NCBI GenBank assembly: GCA_021803465.1
Contig: JAJZLL010000049.1
Location: forward strand, 33,675 to 97,674
Direction of reading: 5' to 3'
Source: a bacterium
Lineage (GTDB): Bacteria > Chloroflexota > Dormibacteria > Aeolococcales > Aeolococcaceae
DNA length: 64,000 bases
Shown piece after piece: positions 47,421 through 57,984 of the stretch. The notes beneath the pieces are model-generated. The model saw nothing but the letters and a program-made list of their open reading frames with translations. It was not told where the DNA came from and searched no databases. Each line of letters begins with the position of its first letter. Position 1 is the stretch's first letter. The translations under genes and the position numbers were made by a program.

Positions 47421-48539
47421 TTGGAGGTGCTGACTACAATGCTGGACACCACGTTCGTGCCAGCAAGAGGGTACCATACGGTAATGGCTGATCATGCTCC
47501 TGCGCACGGCAAAGGAACTTCCGACGCCACATCAGAGCGTGGGGACTCGACGCATGCTGCCCTCAGGGTGATCTGGGGAAGTGCGGCGATCCTTGCAGTC
47601 GCAGCCACACTTGAGATCGCGATCGGCATCGCAGCACACAGTGCCGGCGTTCTTGCTGATGGATTCCACAATGGTGGAGATGTGGCTAGCGCGTTCGCCA
47701 TTGCCATTGCGTTCAGGATGAGCAGCCGTGCACCAAGCAGGGAGTATCCGTATGGCTGGCACCGGTCTGAGGATGTGGCGACACTTGTCGTTCTTCTGCT
47801 CATTGTCGGAAGCGCAGTGGCGTCAGGATTGACCTCAATCGAAAAGCTGCTGCACCCCATGGCCATTCACGATGTTCTCCTTGCAACAGTCACTGCGCTC
47901 ATCGGGTTCGGAGCAAACGAGGTCGCTGGCCAGTACAAGATCCGTGCTGGCAGGCGGCTTGGAAGCATGGCGCTCTCAGCCGATGGAAAGCACTCCCGCC
48001 TTGATGGCCTCGCTTCGCTTGGTGCTGCTTTGGGGGTGCTCGGGACAGTCGTGCACCTTCCCCTTCTCGATCCCATTGCAGGACTTGTCATTACGGCACT
48101 CATCGTTCTTGTGGCATGGGAAACGCTCACGCAGATTGGAGGGAGGCTCTTTGACCAGGCGGACGCGGACATGCTCCATGCGATTCGGGATGTCGCAGGT
48201 GGAGTGCCTGAAGTGCATGACATCTCATCAGTGCGAGCGCGCTGGATTGGAAGGAGACTGTACGCGGAACTCAGCATTGAGGTAGATGGAAAGCTCACGG
48301 TGCAGGAGGCGCACGCCATTGGAGAGGATGTCCGGTACCATCTCCACCATGCCATTGAACCGCTTGCTGACATCGTGCTCCACTTTGATCCCGCGCATGA
48401 TCCCCATGCGCATGAAATTCCCCCGCATCACCGCGGTGGTGCGTATCCGCATGAGGATTCCCTGCACCATGTGGATGCTGCCCTCATGCATGGACATCAC
48501 CATGGCCATGGTGATGCCCACGCTCATTCCGATGAGTGA
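47421..48539 (+). CDS. Cation diffusion facilitator (CDF) metal efflux transporter with His-rich C-terminus
   Basis: Six-TM CDF core (SAGVLADGFHNGGDVAS..., HxxxD sites) and cytoplasmic C-domain ending HGHHHGHGDAHAH. Confidence 0.8.
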   Translation: MEVLTTMLDTTFVPARGYHTVMADHAPAHGKGTSDATSERGDSTHAALRVIWGSAAILAVAATLEIAIGIAAHSAGVLADGFHNGGDVASAFAIAIAFRMSSRAPSREYPYGWHRSEDVATLVVLLLIVGSAVASGLTSIEKLLHPMAIHDVLLATVTALIGFGANEVAGQYKIRAGRRLGSMALSADGKHSRLDGLASLGAALGVLGTVVHLPLLDPIAGLVITALIVLVAWETLTQIGGRLFDQADADMLHAIRDVAGGVPEVHDISSVRARWIGRRLYAELSIEVDGKLTVQEAHAIGEDVRYHLHHAIEPLADIVLHFDPAHDPHAHEIPPHHRGGAYPHEDSLHHVDAALMHGHHHGHGDAHAHSDE

Positions 48540-48557
48540 TGCGTGATGAAGTCCGTC

Positions 48558-49310
48558 CTACAGGGAATCGCGGATCCGCTCCACAAGGAAAATTGAGACA
48601 AATACGAGAATCACGGTTGCGGACACGGTCATTCCTGCAGCAGGACCGTAGGCACTGAAACCGCCCCCTCCCGCAATGGCGCCAACGCTTCCGATGAGGT
48701 TGGAGGGTATCCATCGTGCAGCAAGGGACGATGCGCCAAGGAAAGGAATGACAAGCAGGAAAGCGACAGTGAATCCCAGGGCGGGCAGGACTGCTCGCAC
48801 GAGCGTGCAAAGCGCAAGGGCAAGAGCAAGAGCAAAGGAGATGTACGTGCAGGAAAGGATTGACCCAACCAGTACCCTGCCAAGAGACACGTGTCCAAGA
48901 ACGAGTGAGGACTCTCCCCAGCAGAGGAGCAGACCCACCATGAAGGAAACGACGGTTGCAGCAAGAATGACAAGGTATTTCGGAATGATGAGTTTTCCCG
49001 CATTGGGCACTCTGGATCTGTAGAACAGCGAGAGCCCCCTGTGCGCATCGACAGTGAAGGGGGACACTGCAGCAATGATCGCAACGAACACACCAAGTGC
49101 AAGCGCATTGTCAACGTAGTAGGTGATGCCGTCATAGGGGTGTGGCGGGAATACCTGAATCCTAATGGAACCTGTTGTCGCAGGGACAAGCCGCGGGAGA
49201 AAGTAGGCCGTGACAGGCGCTAGCACTCCGAGGAGCACAAATATTCCAAGAATGGCGAGCCACCGCTTCGTGCGGATGAGACGGAGCCATTCCAGGGTCC
49301 ACCGTGTCAT
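48558..49310 (-). CDS. ABC-2-type exporter permease
   Basis: 250-aa six-TM protein immediately downstream of, and overlapping, the ABC ATPase. Confidence 0.7.
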   Translation of the reverse strand: MTRWTLEWLRLIRTKRWLAILGIFVLLGVLAPVTAYFLPRLVPATTGSIRIQVFPPHPYDGITYYVDNALALGVFVAIIAAVSPFTVDAHRGLSLFYRSRVPNAGKLIIPKYLVILAATVVSFMVGLLLCWGESSLVLGHVSLGRVLVGSILSCTYISFALALALALCTLVRAVLPALGFTVAFLLVIPFLGASSLAARWIPSNLIGSVGAIAGGGGFSAYGPAAGMTVSATVILVFVSIFLVERIRDSL

Positions 49311-50278
49311 GCCTCCTCCTCCTCGTCATCATCCGGAGCAGGATGTGTGGGAAGCGTCCCCACAGGACGGCGGGAAGGCTTCTTCTTTTCTGTTGTGATG
49401 CTCGTGACAACCCGTTCAAGGATGTTCTCGAGATCACTTCCGACCGGTTCAAGGGCAACGAGGGCTGCATGGGCTCTGGAAAGCACGGGGGCCATCTGCT
49501 CTTCCGCATGGGCCAGGGAGCTTGCCTCGATCTCAATCTCGTTGTTGCCATGTTCAGTAACGTTGAGAACCCAGGGCTGGCTCCTGAGGACAATGGCAAC
49601 GGCTGCAGCTCCACCATGAAGGCGCACTCTCCAAACTGGCTTCACATGGTCCCTGAGCAGGGTGTCAAGCTTCCCCTGCCAGATGAGTGAACCCTGCTGG
49701 AGTACGCCAATGTTTGTGCAGATCTGCTGCACATCGGAGAGAACGTGGCTGGAAAGGATGACGCTCGCTTTCCGCTGGTAGGTTCCGATGAGGGAGAGGA
49801 TCTCTGCCCTGCCTTCCGGATCCAGGGCAGAGCAGGGCTCGTCGAGAACAATGACAGAGGGATCGTCAATGAGAGCCGTTGCCACAGCAAGCCGCTGGGT
49901 CATGCCCCTGGAGAACCCTTCGACCCGGCGGTCCATGGCAGAATCGAGTCCCACCTGGGCAAGCATTGTGGAGATGCGCGCCTCATCAGCGTCATGCTTC
50001 CTGAGACCGCATGCAAGGCGGAGCACCTCGCGGGGTGTAAGCCAGGGCTCAAACTCCGGAACATCCGGGCAGAAGCCGATCCTGCTCCCTGGCGCATCAC
50101 GGTCGAGAGTGCCCTCTGTCGCCTGCAGAAGTCCTGCGAGAATCGCAAGGAGCGTTGTCTTGCCTGCACCATTTGCCCCAACGAGACCGTAGATGGATCC
50201 CTTCGGGATTGCCACGCTGACATCGTTCAGGGCTGTGACGGAGCCGTAGCGTTTGATCAGGTGTGTTGTTCGGATCAT
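49307..50278 (-). CDS. ABC transporter ATP-binding protein (ABC-2 exporter family)
   Basis: Walker A GANGAGKTT, signature FSRGMTQRL, Walker B VIVLDEP. Start at MIRTTHLIKRYG. Confidence 0.85.
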   Translation of the reverse strand: MIRTTHLIKRYGSVTALNDVSVAIPKGSIYGLVGANGAGKTTLLAILAGLLQATEGTLDRDAPGSRIGFCPDVPEFEPWLTPREVLRLACGLRKHDADEARISTMLAQVGLDSAMDRRVEGFSRGMTQRLAVATALIDDPSVIVLDEPCSALDPEGRAEILSLIGTYQRKASVILSSHVLSDVQQICTNIGVLQQGSLIWQGKLDTLLRDHVKPVWRVRLHGGAAAVAIVLRSQPWVLNVTEHGNNEIEIEASSLAHAEEQMAPVLSRAHAALVALEPVGSDLENILERVVTSITTEKKKPSRRPVGTLPTHPAPDDDEEEEA

Positions 50279-50415
50279 GAAAATATTGCAGCTGACGTGG
50301 GGACTACTCGTGAGTATACAGGCGATCTGGGAGAAATGGGATGCAACGATACGTGCGGAATGCGCGCACCTGCGCCGGGAAGCTCGTATACTACATCCGT
50401 GGCCGCCCCCAACCC

Positions 50416-51435
50416 ATGTCATGGAGCCCTGCTCGCGTGAGAGTGCTCGAAGTCACGAACCTCAAGACGTACATCCGTCAGAAGAAGCAGCTTGTGCATG
50501 CTGTGGACGGAGTATCGATCACAGTGGACCAGGGCGAGACGCTTGGCATTGTCGGTGAGTCTGGCAGTGGCAAGAGCATGCTGGGACTTTCCATCATGAG
50601 GCTGCTTCCTCCAGGAGGCTTCATCGAGAGTGGCTCAATCTCCCTGAACGGGGAAGACATCACCAAAGCGGATGAACGACGGATGCAGCGCATCCGGGGC
50701 CAGCATGTCGGCATGGTCTTCCAGGATCCAATGACATCCCTCAATCCCACCAAGCGAATAGGAACACAGATTGCTGAGGGCTATCGCCATCACAACAAGG
50801 TGTCCAAGGAGGAGGGACGAACACGGGCTCTGGAGGTAATGAGGCAGGTTGGCATCCCATCGCCGGAAGAGCGGCTCCGTTCGTATCCCCACCAGCTGTC
50901 CGGTGGTCTCCGCCAACGGGTCATGATTGCCATGGCGCTTGCCTGCCGGCCGGATCTGCTCATTGCCGATGAGCCGACAACTGCGCTCGATGTGACCATC
51001 CAGGCTCAGATTCTTGACCTTATTGACCAGCTGCGGAAGGATCTCTCGATGAGCGTCATTCTTGTCACGCACGACATGGGTGTCATAGCAGGACGTGCTG
51101 ACCGGGTAGTAGTCATGTACGCGGGCCAGATCGTCGAGACTGCGGAGACAAGGGAACTGTTCAGCAATACGAAGCACCAGTACACCAAAGCCCTTCTCGA
51201 GGCAATTCCGCGGCTCGATGACGATTCGAAACAGAGGCTTTACAGCATCCCTGGGCTGCCTCCGAGTCTTGTTGATCCACCAGCGGGCTGCAGGTTCGCT
51301 GCACGGTGCCGATTCGCAACTGACCTCTGCAGAGCCACGGAACCGCCACTGACTGACCTTGGAAATGGACACCTGTTCATGTGCCATCATCCAGCAGGAG
51401 TTGCTGAAGCCGTTTCCCCAGGAGCAGAGGCATGA
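50416..51435 (+). CDS. oppD: Oligopeptide/dipeptide ABC transporter ATP-binding protein OppD-like
   Basis: [28 protein letters not shown] and C-terminal oligopeptide-family extension ([10 protein letters not shown]). Confidence 0.85.
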   Translation: MSWSPARVRVLEVTNLKTYIRQKKQLVHAVDGVSITVDQGETLGIVGESGSGKSMLGLSIMRLLPPGGFIESGSISLNGEDITKADERRMQRIRGQHVGMVFQDPMTSLNPTKRIGTQIAEGYRHHNKVSKEEGRTRALEVMRQVGIPSPEERLRSYPHQLSGGLRQRVMIAMALACRPDLLIADEPTTALDVTIQAQILDLIDQLRKDLSMSVILVTHDMGVIAGRADRVVVMYAGQIVETAETRELFSNTKHQYTKALLEAIPRLDDDSKQRLYSIPGLPPSLVDPPAGCRFAARCRFATDLCRATEPPLTDLGNGHLFMCHHPAGVAEAVSPGAEA

Positions 51436-52511
51436 TGGCGCAGAACACTCCCCAGAAGGATGTGCCCATTCTTTCTGTTGAGCACGCAGTGAAGGAGTTC
51501 CCTGTGGGAACGCCACTTCCGGGTGCGAAGAAGCGGATAGTCCATGCCGTGTCCGATGTGAGCTTCGCACTGAAGCGGCAGGAGACGTTTGGTCTTGTGG
51601 GCGAGTCAGGGTGTGGAAAGACCACGCTTGGCAGACTCATTGTCGGACTCGATCCTCTTACTGCTGGAAAGATTGTCATCGAGGGTGTTGAGTTTTCCCG
51701 TCTTCACAGAAGGAGACTCAAAGCCATGCGGCGTGAGGTCCAGATGATGTTCCAGGACCCGTACGCATCGCTTGATCCAAGGATGCGGGTGAGAAACATT
51801 GTGCGTGAGCCACTTGCCATCCACCGTATGGGGACAAGATTGCAGCAGCTTGACCAGGTTGCGGAACTGCTCAATGATGTGGGTCTCTCAGAAGATGTCA
51901 TGGACCGTCTACCGCATGAGTTTTCCGGAGGACAGCGGCAACGGATCGGGCTTGCCCGTGCCCTCGCTCTTCGGCCGAAGCTCATCGTTGCCGATGAGCC
52001 AGTCTCTGCACTCGATGTGTCCATCAGATCCCATGTGCTCAACCTCATGAACGATCTCCAGCTGAAGTACGGCCTCACGTACATTGTCATCTCGCATGAT
52101 CTCTCTGTCGTTCGGTACATTTCCCACAGGATTGGTGTCATGTACCTTGGAAAGCTTGTGGAGGTTGCTCCCAGCAGCGAAATCTATACTGCGCCTGCCC
52201 ATCCGTATACAAAGGGACTCCTGGGGGCCATTCCCATTCCCGATCCTGAAGCAGAGCGGAGCAAGGAGAAGATTCCCATCAGCGGCGAAATTCCGTCCGC
52301 CATAACCCCTCCATCTGGCTGCAGGTTCCGCACACGCTGCAAATTTGCCCAGGATATCTGCAGCACCACGGAGCCAGAGCTCAAGGAGCGTTCAGCTGAC
52401 CACCTTGTTGCATGCCATTTCCCCCTTGCAGCGCCGGATGCCAGCTCAGCAGCAGGGAGTACTGGCACCAGCTCCAGTTCTGGCGATGCCACTGCCTTGG
52501 ACAGGGGATGA
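51432..52511 (+). CDS. oppF: Oligopeptide/dipeptide ABC transporter ATP-binding protein OppF-like
   Basis: GESGCGKTT, FSGGQRQR, IVADEPVSALD, C-terminal CRFRTRC. Confidence 0.85.
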   Translation: MMAQNTPQKDVPILSVEHAVKEFPVGTPLPGAKKRIVHAVSDVSFALKRQETFGLVGESGCGKTTLGRLIVGLDPLTAGKIVIEGVEFSRLHRRRLKAMRREVQMMFQDPYASLDPRMRVRNIVREPLAIHRMGTRLQQLDQVAELLNDVGLSEDVMDRLPHEFSGGQRQRIGLARALALRPKLIVADEPVSALDVSIRSHVLNLMNDLQLKYGLTYIVISHDLSVVRYISHRIGVMYLGKLVEVAPSSEIYTAPAHPYTKGLLGAIPIPDPEAERSKEKIPISGEIPSAITPPSGCRFRTRCKFAQDICSTTEPELKERSADHLVACHFPLAAPDASSAAGSTGTSSSSGDATALDRG

Positions 52512-52572
52512 CAGCTGCGAGAAGAGCGCCCAGGCTGGGATTGGCCCATTGCTTGCGATGGGACCGGATCGG

Positions 52573-53475
52573 CTATTTGATTCGCTGCTCAAGAGCGCTC
52601 CGTAGGGCATCTCCGACAAAGTTGAAGGCGACAACAGTCAGCACAATGGCTGCACCAGGGAAGTAGATGAGCCACCAGTAGCCTGCAAGAATGAAGTTCG
52701 TACCAGATGCGAGCATGTCGCCCCAGTTGGTTGCTGGCGGTGGTACCCCAAGTCCCAGATAGCCAAGGGCTGCGACAAGAAGAATCGCATCCGCAATCTG
52801 GAAAGAGGCATTCACCATGATCGTTCCGATGGTGTTTGGAATGATATGGAGAAATATGGCACGAAATGAACTTCCTCCCATCATACGGACAGCCTGGACA
52901 TATTCCCTGCTCTTCAGGCTCAGGGCTTCGCCACGGATGAGTCGGGATGGTATGAGCCATGCCACGAGTGCGACGATGAAGATCAGGTCCTGTGAGGTTA
53001 TCGTCACGACTGCTGCAAGGAAGAGGGTCAGAAACAGTGAGGGAATTGCAAGCATGGTGTCGACAACCCTCATCATGACGGAGTCTACAATTCCCCCGTA
53101 ATAGCCAGCGAACGCTCCCCAGATGGCTCCAAACATTGTTGCGAGGAAGGCGGCAAGAAACCCAATGATGAGGGCAGTCTGCCCACCAACCATGAGCCGC
53201 CCAAGGAGGTCATAGCCATCCTGGTCTGTGCCAAGAATGTGACCTGGCGAGCCAGGGGGAAGGTGCAAGTTGGTGATGTTGGCGTTGATCTGGTTGGTGT
53301 GGTACACAAGTGGACCCACAAAGCAGAACAGCACCATGAACATGAGAAATACCATTCCCACGATGCCCAGACGGTCAGCCAGGAACGCCTCGGCCACAAG
53401 CCGGAAGCTCCCTTTCGATTTCGTGTGGATAGCAGCAGTCTCAAGCTGAGTCTGGGGCAGGGGCGTGGAGCTCAT
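52573..53475 (-). CDS. oppC: Oligopeptide ABC transporter permease OppC-like
   Basis: Six-TM BPD-transport permease with EAA-like loop. Confidence 0.8.
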   Translation of the reverse strand: MSSTPLPQTQLETAAIHTKSKGSFRLVAEAFLADRLGIVGMVFLMFMVLFCFVGPLVYHTNQINANITNLHLPPGSPGHILGTDQDGYDLLGRLMVGGQTALIIGFLAAFLATMFGAIWGAFAGYYGGIVDSVMMRVVDTMLAIPSLFLTLFLAAVVTITSQDLIFIVALVAWLIPSRLIRGEALSLKSREYVQAVRMMGGSSFRAIFLHIIPNTIGTIMVNASFQIADAILLVAALGYLGLGVPPPATNWGDMLASGTNFILAGYWWLIYFPGAAIVLTVVAFNFVGDALRSALEQRIK

Positions 53476-53486
53476 GTGGCTGTTCC

Positions 53487-54440
53487 TCAGCTGTACCGAA
53501 TGCGTGGATCGACAATTGCATACATGATGTCAGCAAGAAGGCTGCCTGCAAGGGTGGCTACAGAGACGATGAGTGTAGTGGCAAGGAGGGTCGGGTAGTC
53601 GGAGGACTGGGCAGCCTGCCAGAAAAGAAGTCCCATGCCCGGGTAGTTGAAGATGGATTCGGTAAGTAGCGCACCTGCAAACAGGGCTGGGAGACTCACA
53701 CCGAGAAGGGTCAGAAGGGGTATGAGTGAGTTCCGGAGCACATGGCGACCCAGCGTCTGCATCGATGTGAGACCCTTCGATCGGGCAGTGCGGACATGGT
53801 CCTGGACGAGGCTGTCCATCACGGCGGACCGCTGGTATCTGCTGAACTGGGCAATGGTGATGAGGGCGAGAGTGATGACAGGAAGGGCAAGTCCTGCGAC
53901 AAGCTGGGAGTCGAACGATGCCTGACCGAGGTTTCCCTGCGGTGCTGTTGGGGGCAGCCATTGCAGCTGAACACTGAAGATGAGGATGAGGACAAGCCCC
54001 AGCCAGTATGGGGGCATGCTGTAGAAGAGGAAGGAAAACGCAGTGAGGGTATAGTCATCGAACTTGTTGTGGCGTACACCCTGGAGTATGCCAAGGGGGA
54101 TTGCGACAATGAGGGCCACAAGGTACGAAGCGCCCATGAGGACAAGCGTCTTGGGCAAATCTGTTCCTATGAGCTGAGCGACTGGAGCATTGAACCTATA
54201 CGAGTAGCCGAGGTTTCCATGAAGAATGTTGTTGAGCCAGGTGAAGTACTGTACTGGAAGCGGTTTATCAAGTCCAAGCTCGCGATTGAACGCAATGATG
54301 TCCGCCTGGGTTGCCTTTGGGCCAAGAAGTGCGCGCGCCTCACCACCAGGAATGAGATGCAGGAGTACGAAAACGACGATCGTGACACCGAACAGGACGA
54401 TGACCGACTGAATCAGCCTGCGTACGATATAGCCAACCAC
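53487..54440 (-). CDS. oppB: Oligopeptide ABC transporter permease OppB-like
   Basis: MVGYIVRRLIQSVIVLFGVTIVVF N-terminus typical of OppB/DppB. Confidence 0.8.
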   Translation of the reverse strand: MVGYIVRRLIQSVIVLFGVTIVVFVLLHLIPGGEARALLGPKATQADIIAFNRELGLDKPLPVQYFTWLNNILHGNLGYSYRFNAPVAQLIGTDLPKTLVLMGASYLVALIVAIPLGILQGVRHNKFDDYTLTAFSFLFYSMPPYWLGLVLILIFSVQLQWLPPTAPQGNLGQASFDSQLVAGLALPVITLALITIAQFSRYQRSAVMDSLVQDHVRTARSKGLTSMQTLGRHVLRNSLIPLLTLLGVSLPALFAGALLTESIFNYPGMGLLFWQAAQSSDYPTLLATTLIVSVATLAGSLLADIMYAIVDPRIRYS

Positions 54441-54559
54441 ATGCTGCAGTATACGTGATGGAATGCGTATCGGCGTAGAAACTGCAGCAACTGTGACACA
54501 AGAAAAGGGCCCCGATTGCTCGGGGCCCTTTGGCAGCGTTACTCAGGGGAGCAACTGGT

Positions 54560-56383
54560 CTAGCTGAAGTACCAGTTCTCTGGGTTGAGGTTGAGCAGGG
54601 GGTCCTGCGGTGTTGCACCTTTGAGGTTGGTGCTGATTTCGGAAAGCTGCGCGTACGCGACAGGAAGCCAGATGACAGGAAGGTTCTTGGCCATGAAATC
54701 CTCATAGTTCTTGAGGTCCTGAAGTGTACCGCCTGCAAGCTCCGTCTTCTGGATCAGTGCATCCGCAGTTGGATTGCTGTACGCACCGGAGTTGGATCCT
54801 GCGCCTGTTGCCCAAAGCTCGTCGCCAGTCGGGTAGTAGTCTGGCGCGTAGATCCAGCCACCACCCCAGAATGCCATGTCCCAGTTGCAGGGTGTTCCAG
54901 CAGTACAGGGCACTGCGTCCTGGAGCACCTGGTTGAATGGCTTCGCGGAGATGTTGAGCTGGATGCCGGCCTTGCTCCATGCTGAAGAAAGCTGCTTCAC
55001 CTCTGAGGTCACGACCTGTGTGCCGGACACATACTCAAAGTTGAAGGAAAGCTTCGCTCCTGCAGGAACGCCAGCACCGCACTGGTTTGAACCAGTTCCA
55101 GGGTTTGAGCAGACATCCGCACCATTGACAGTGATCGTCCAGCCGTGGCTCTTGAGAAGGTCGACAGCCTTTGTTGGATCATAGGGATACGGGTTGTTCA
55201 GCTCTGTCTTGTCGACGAACTGGGAGGCTGGCTTCAGAGGAATTGGACCATAGGTCGGATAGGCATAGCCGTTGAAGATTCCCTTGATGTACCCAGGCTG
55301 GTCCACAAGCATCTGCATTGCCTGTCGGATATAGAGCTGGTTGAACATCGGGGCGCTCTTCGGATTGCTGAAGTTGAGGGGGAAGTACGTGATCTGCCAT
55401 CCTGCCCATGGGGCGAAGGTATAGCCAGACACATTCTTCACATTCGTGTCCTGTGCGGGAACGAACCCATAGTCGATTTTGGTTCCGCCACCAGGGTTCC
55501 GGAGCTGGTTGAACTCGGCAGTGTCCGTGGTGAAGGGAAGCTCGATGAACTTCTTGATCTTCGGCTTCACGGGGCCTGAGTAGTTCGGGTTTGGCACCAT
55601 TGTCACCTGGCCGGATGTTGTGAAGCCAGTGAGCTTGAATGGTCCATCAACAACCTGCCAGAGAGGGTTGGTTGCGTAGGAAGCCGTATCCTGGGCCTGG
55701 CCCGCAAGGAACTTGTAGACCTGAAGGGCGCCTGCAGGAGTCGTGTCGTAGTTGCCCACGGCACCAGTGACGCTCGTCTTGTCCCAGGCATGCTGTGGGA
55801 GGGGGTTGAGCTGGCTCAGCTGGTTGTACGTGAAGTAGTTGTCGCTGTAGGCCTTCGTGAGGTGGAGCACGATCGTTGAGCTGTTCGGAGTATCGAAGCT
55901 TGCGATGTTGTCCGGGAACAGTGAGGGAACGTATCCTGCCCAGTTTGCGGTGTTGTCCGCAACTGCAGCCTTCACGAGATTTATCCAGAAGCCAACGTCA
56001 CGTGACGTGACTGGCTGCCCATCCGACCACATGTACTTCTTCATGGTGATCGTGACAGTCTTGCCGCCGTCCGAGTAAACGGGAGCGTTCGCGAGGCTCA
56101 GCTTCTCATTGAGAGCGACTGAACCGTTGCTTCCGAACCAGTACAGGGGACGGAACATGAGCACCTGGAACTGGTTGATGTTGGCAACGCTGAAGTTCTG
56201 CAGCGATGCCAACGGGAAGATGTAGTTTGGCGGTGCTGACGGGCCCTCTGCGAAAGTGGCTGTTGTCTGTGTAGACGATCCACCTCCTGAAGTGCCTGAG
56301 CCGCACGCCGCAAGAATGAGCGAGGCTGCAGTCATGCAGCCGACGGCTGCAAGACGCTTCGCTGTCAAGCGATGCGATTTCAT
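54560..56383 (-). CDS. oppA: Family-5 solute-binding lipoprotein (OppA-like)
   Basis: Lipobox LILAACGSG and 600-aa SBP_bac_5-like sequence. Confidence 0.8.
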   Translation of the reverse strand: MKSHRLTAKRLAAVGCMTAASLILAACGSGTSGGGSSTQTTATFAEGPSAPPNYIFPLASLQNFSVANINQFQVLMFRPLYWFGSNGSVALNEKLSLANAPVYSDGGKTVTITMKKYMWSDGQPVTSRDVGFWINLVKAAVADNTANWAGYVPSLFPDNIASFDTPNSSTIVLHLTKAYSDNYFTYNQLSQLNPLPQHAWDKTSVTGAVGNYDTTPAGALQVYKFLAGQAQDTASYATNPLWQVVDGPFKLTGFTTSGQVTMVPNPNYSGPVKPKIKKFIELPFTTDTAEFNQLRNPGGGTKIDYGFVPAQDTNVKNVSGYTFAPWAGWQITYFPLNFSNPKSAPMFNQLYIRQAMQMLVDQPGYIKGIFNGYAYPTYGPIPLKPASQFVDKTELNNPYPYDPTKAVDLLKSHGWTITVNGADVCSNPGTGSNQCGAGVPAGAKLSFNFEYVSGTQVVTSEVKQLSSAWSKAGIQLNISAKPFNQVLQDAVPCTAGTPCNWDMAFWGGGWIYAPDYYPTGDELWATGAGSNSGAYSNPTADALIQKTELAGGTLQDLKNYEDFMAKNLPVIWLPVAYAQLSEISTNLKGATPQDPLLNLNPENWYFS

Positions 56384-56504
56384 GGGTATTTTCTCCTCCT
56401 GTTTGAGTACCCTGAGGGGGCTGATGGGTCACACTATAGCGTAAACACTTGCGCTCTGCGTGCAATGGATATCCGATGCTGCGTACGACACCCTCCAGAC
56501 ACGC

Positions 56505-56532
56505 GGAACGCCCTTCATGCAAAGGGCGTTCC
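56505..56532 (-). terminator. Perfect 11-bp stem / 6-nt loop hairpin 20 nt downstream of the HU stop (no U-tract)
   Basis: ggaacgccctt-catgca-aagggcgttcc. Confidence 0.5.
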
Positions 56533-56551
56533 GGTGATGTGGTTCGTTCGC

Positions 56552-56875
56552 TTAGGCGCGACGTCCCTTCGAGGACTGCGAGCGCGGGGTGCGTACCGTG
56601 TCGACAAGCGTGGTGCTTGGCGCGAACCGTACGACCTTGCGTGCGGGAACCTTGATGGTCTCCCCTGTCCGAGGATTGCGGCCTGTGCGGGCTGGGCGCT
56701 CCGAGGTGCGGAATGCTCCGAACCTGTGGATGTGGACTTCCTCTCCACGGCTGAGCGCTTCGGAGATGGTGTCAAAGAAGCTGCGAACGAGGTCCTGGGC
56801 ATCGGTCTTGCTCAACCCCTGCCAGTCTTTCGCAAGCTTCTCTGCAAGCGTTGAACGAGTCACGACAGATCCCAT
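56552..56875 (-). CDS. hup: HU-family nucleoid protein with basic C-terminal tail
   Basis: MGSVVTRSTLAEKLAKD...IHRFGAFRTSERPARTGRNPRTGETIKVPARKVVRF is classic HU, with an extra basic tail (PRSQSSKGRRA). Confidence 0.85.
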   Translation of the reverse strand: MGSVVTRSTLAEKLAKDWQGLSKTDAQDLVRSFFDTISEALSRGEEVHIHRFGAFRTSERPARTGRNPRTGETIKVPARKVVRFAPSTTLVDTVRTPRSQSSKGRRA

Positions 56876-57012
56876 TTCAGAAAACCTCCTGTGTATATGG
56901 GAGTTGAAGGATTGTACGTGCCGAATTGTAAGCAAATTCAAGGGACTTTGCAAATAGGGAAAGGAAAACTGCAGCAGTTCCACTCGCTGCAGTGTGGTAG
57001 GGTTGAGCAGAG

Positions 57013-57984
57013 ATGGAGCAGACTGCGACGGATACTGGCACTTGGATCACGGGCTGGGATGAGGCACTCGCACGTGCGGAGGGCCATGTGCTGCAGGGCA
57101 CAGCATGGGGAGCCGTGCAGGAGGCCCTTGGGTACCCCGCAACATTCCTCTCAGGAACTGGATGGCATGGACTTGGAGTCATCCAGCGTCGTCCTCTATT
57201 CGGCTACGGCTACTTTCCCTACGGTCCTGTGATTGATGACGGTGCGGACATAGGAACGATGGCGAGGGAACTTCAGTCATGGGGAAGGGCGGAAGGACTT
57301 GCGTTCGTGCGCATTGAGCCATTTGGATGTCTTCCTGAACGGCTCAAGGGCTGCACCCTTCTCAGAAAAGGACGGGACATCCAGCCTCCGTATACGTGGA
57401 GACTGGATCTCCGGCCGAGCGAGGAGGTGCTCCGTGGAGCTCTTCGCACCCGACTCCGTGGCTACATCAACACTGCAGCAAAGCGTGGAATCACCATCCG
57501 TGCTACAACAGCGGATGAGGATCTCGAGACGTTTGTGTCCCTCCTTGAGAAGACTGCGGAAAACCGCTTTGCCACTCATGGCACGAAGTACTACCGGACA
57601 GTTCTCAGGGAGCTTGCACTCAGGGGGGCTGGACAGATGCGGTTCGCAGAACATGGGGGAGCACCCATTGCTGCGATCCTCTCTTTTGACTCTACAACTG
57701 TCAGGTACTATGCCCATGTGGCGGTTGATGATGCAGCGAACAGGACGCTCAAGGCATCTGGTCCACTCGCCTGGGAGGACATTCTCGATGCGAAACGCTC
57801 TGGAAAGCTGTGGTATGACTTCTGGGGAGTGCTTCCCGAGGAAGTGCCTGGCCACCCATGGAACGGTTTCACTGCATTCAAGAAGAGCTTTGGAGGAGAG
57901 CTTGTCGCGAGTGCGGGGAGCTGGGAGATTCCCGTTTCACCAGTCCGCCACAGGGTGGCACGTGGCATTGCGAAGGTGCGCTGA
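57013..57984 (+). CDS. FemAB/FemX-family peptidoglycan branch aminoacyl-transferase (paralogue 1)
   Basis: FemAB-like N-region (W...GW...Q...W), the RLDL...LRTRLRGYINTAAKRG region, and DFWGV near the C-terminus. Confidence 0.7.
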   Translation: MEQTATDTGTWITGWDEALARAEGHVLQGTAWGAVQEALGYPATFLSGTGWHGLGVIQRRPLFGYGYFPYGPVIDDGADIGTMARELQSWGRAEGLAFVRIEPFGCLPERLKGCTLLRKGRDIQPPYTWRLDLRPSEEVLRGALRTRLRGYINTAAKRGITIRATTADEDLETFVSLLEKTAENRFATHGTKYYRTVLRELALRGAGQMRFAEHGGAPIAAILSFDSTTVRYYAHVAVDDAANRTLKASGPLAWEDILDAKRSGKLWYDFWGVLPEEVPGHPWNGFTAFKKSFGGELVASAGSWEIPVSPVRHRVARGIAKVR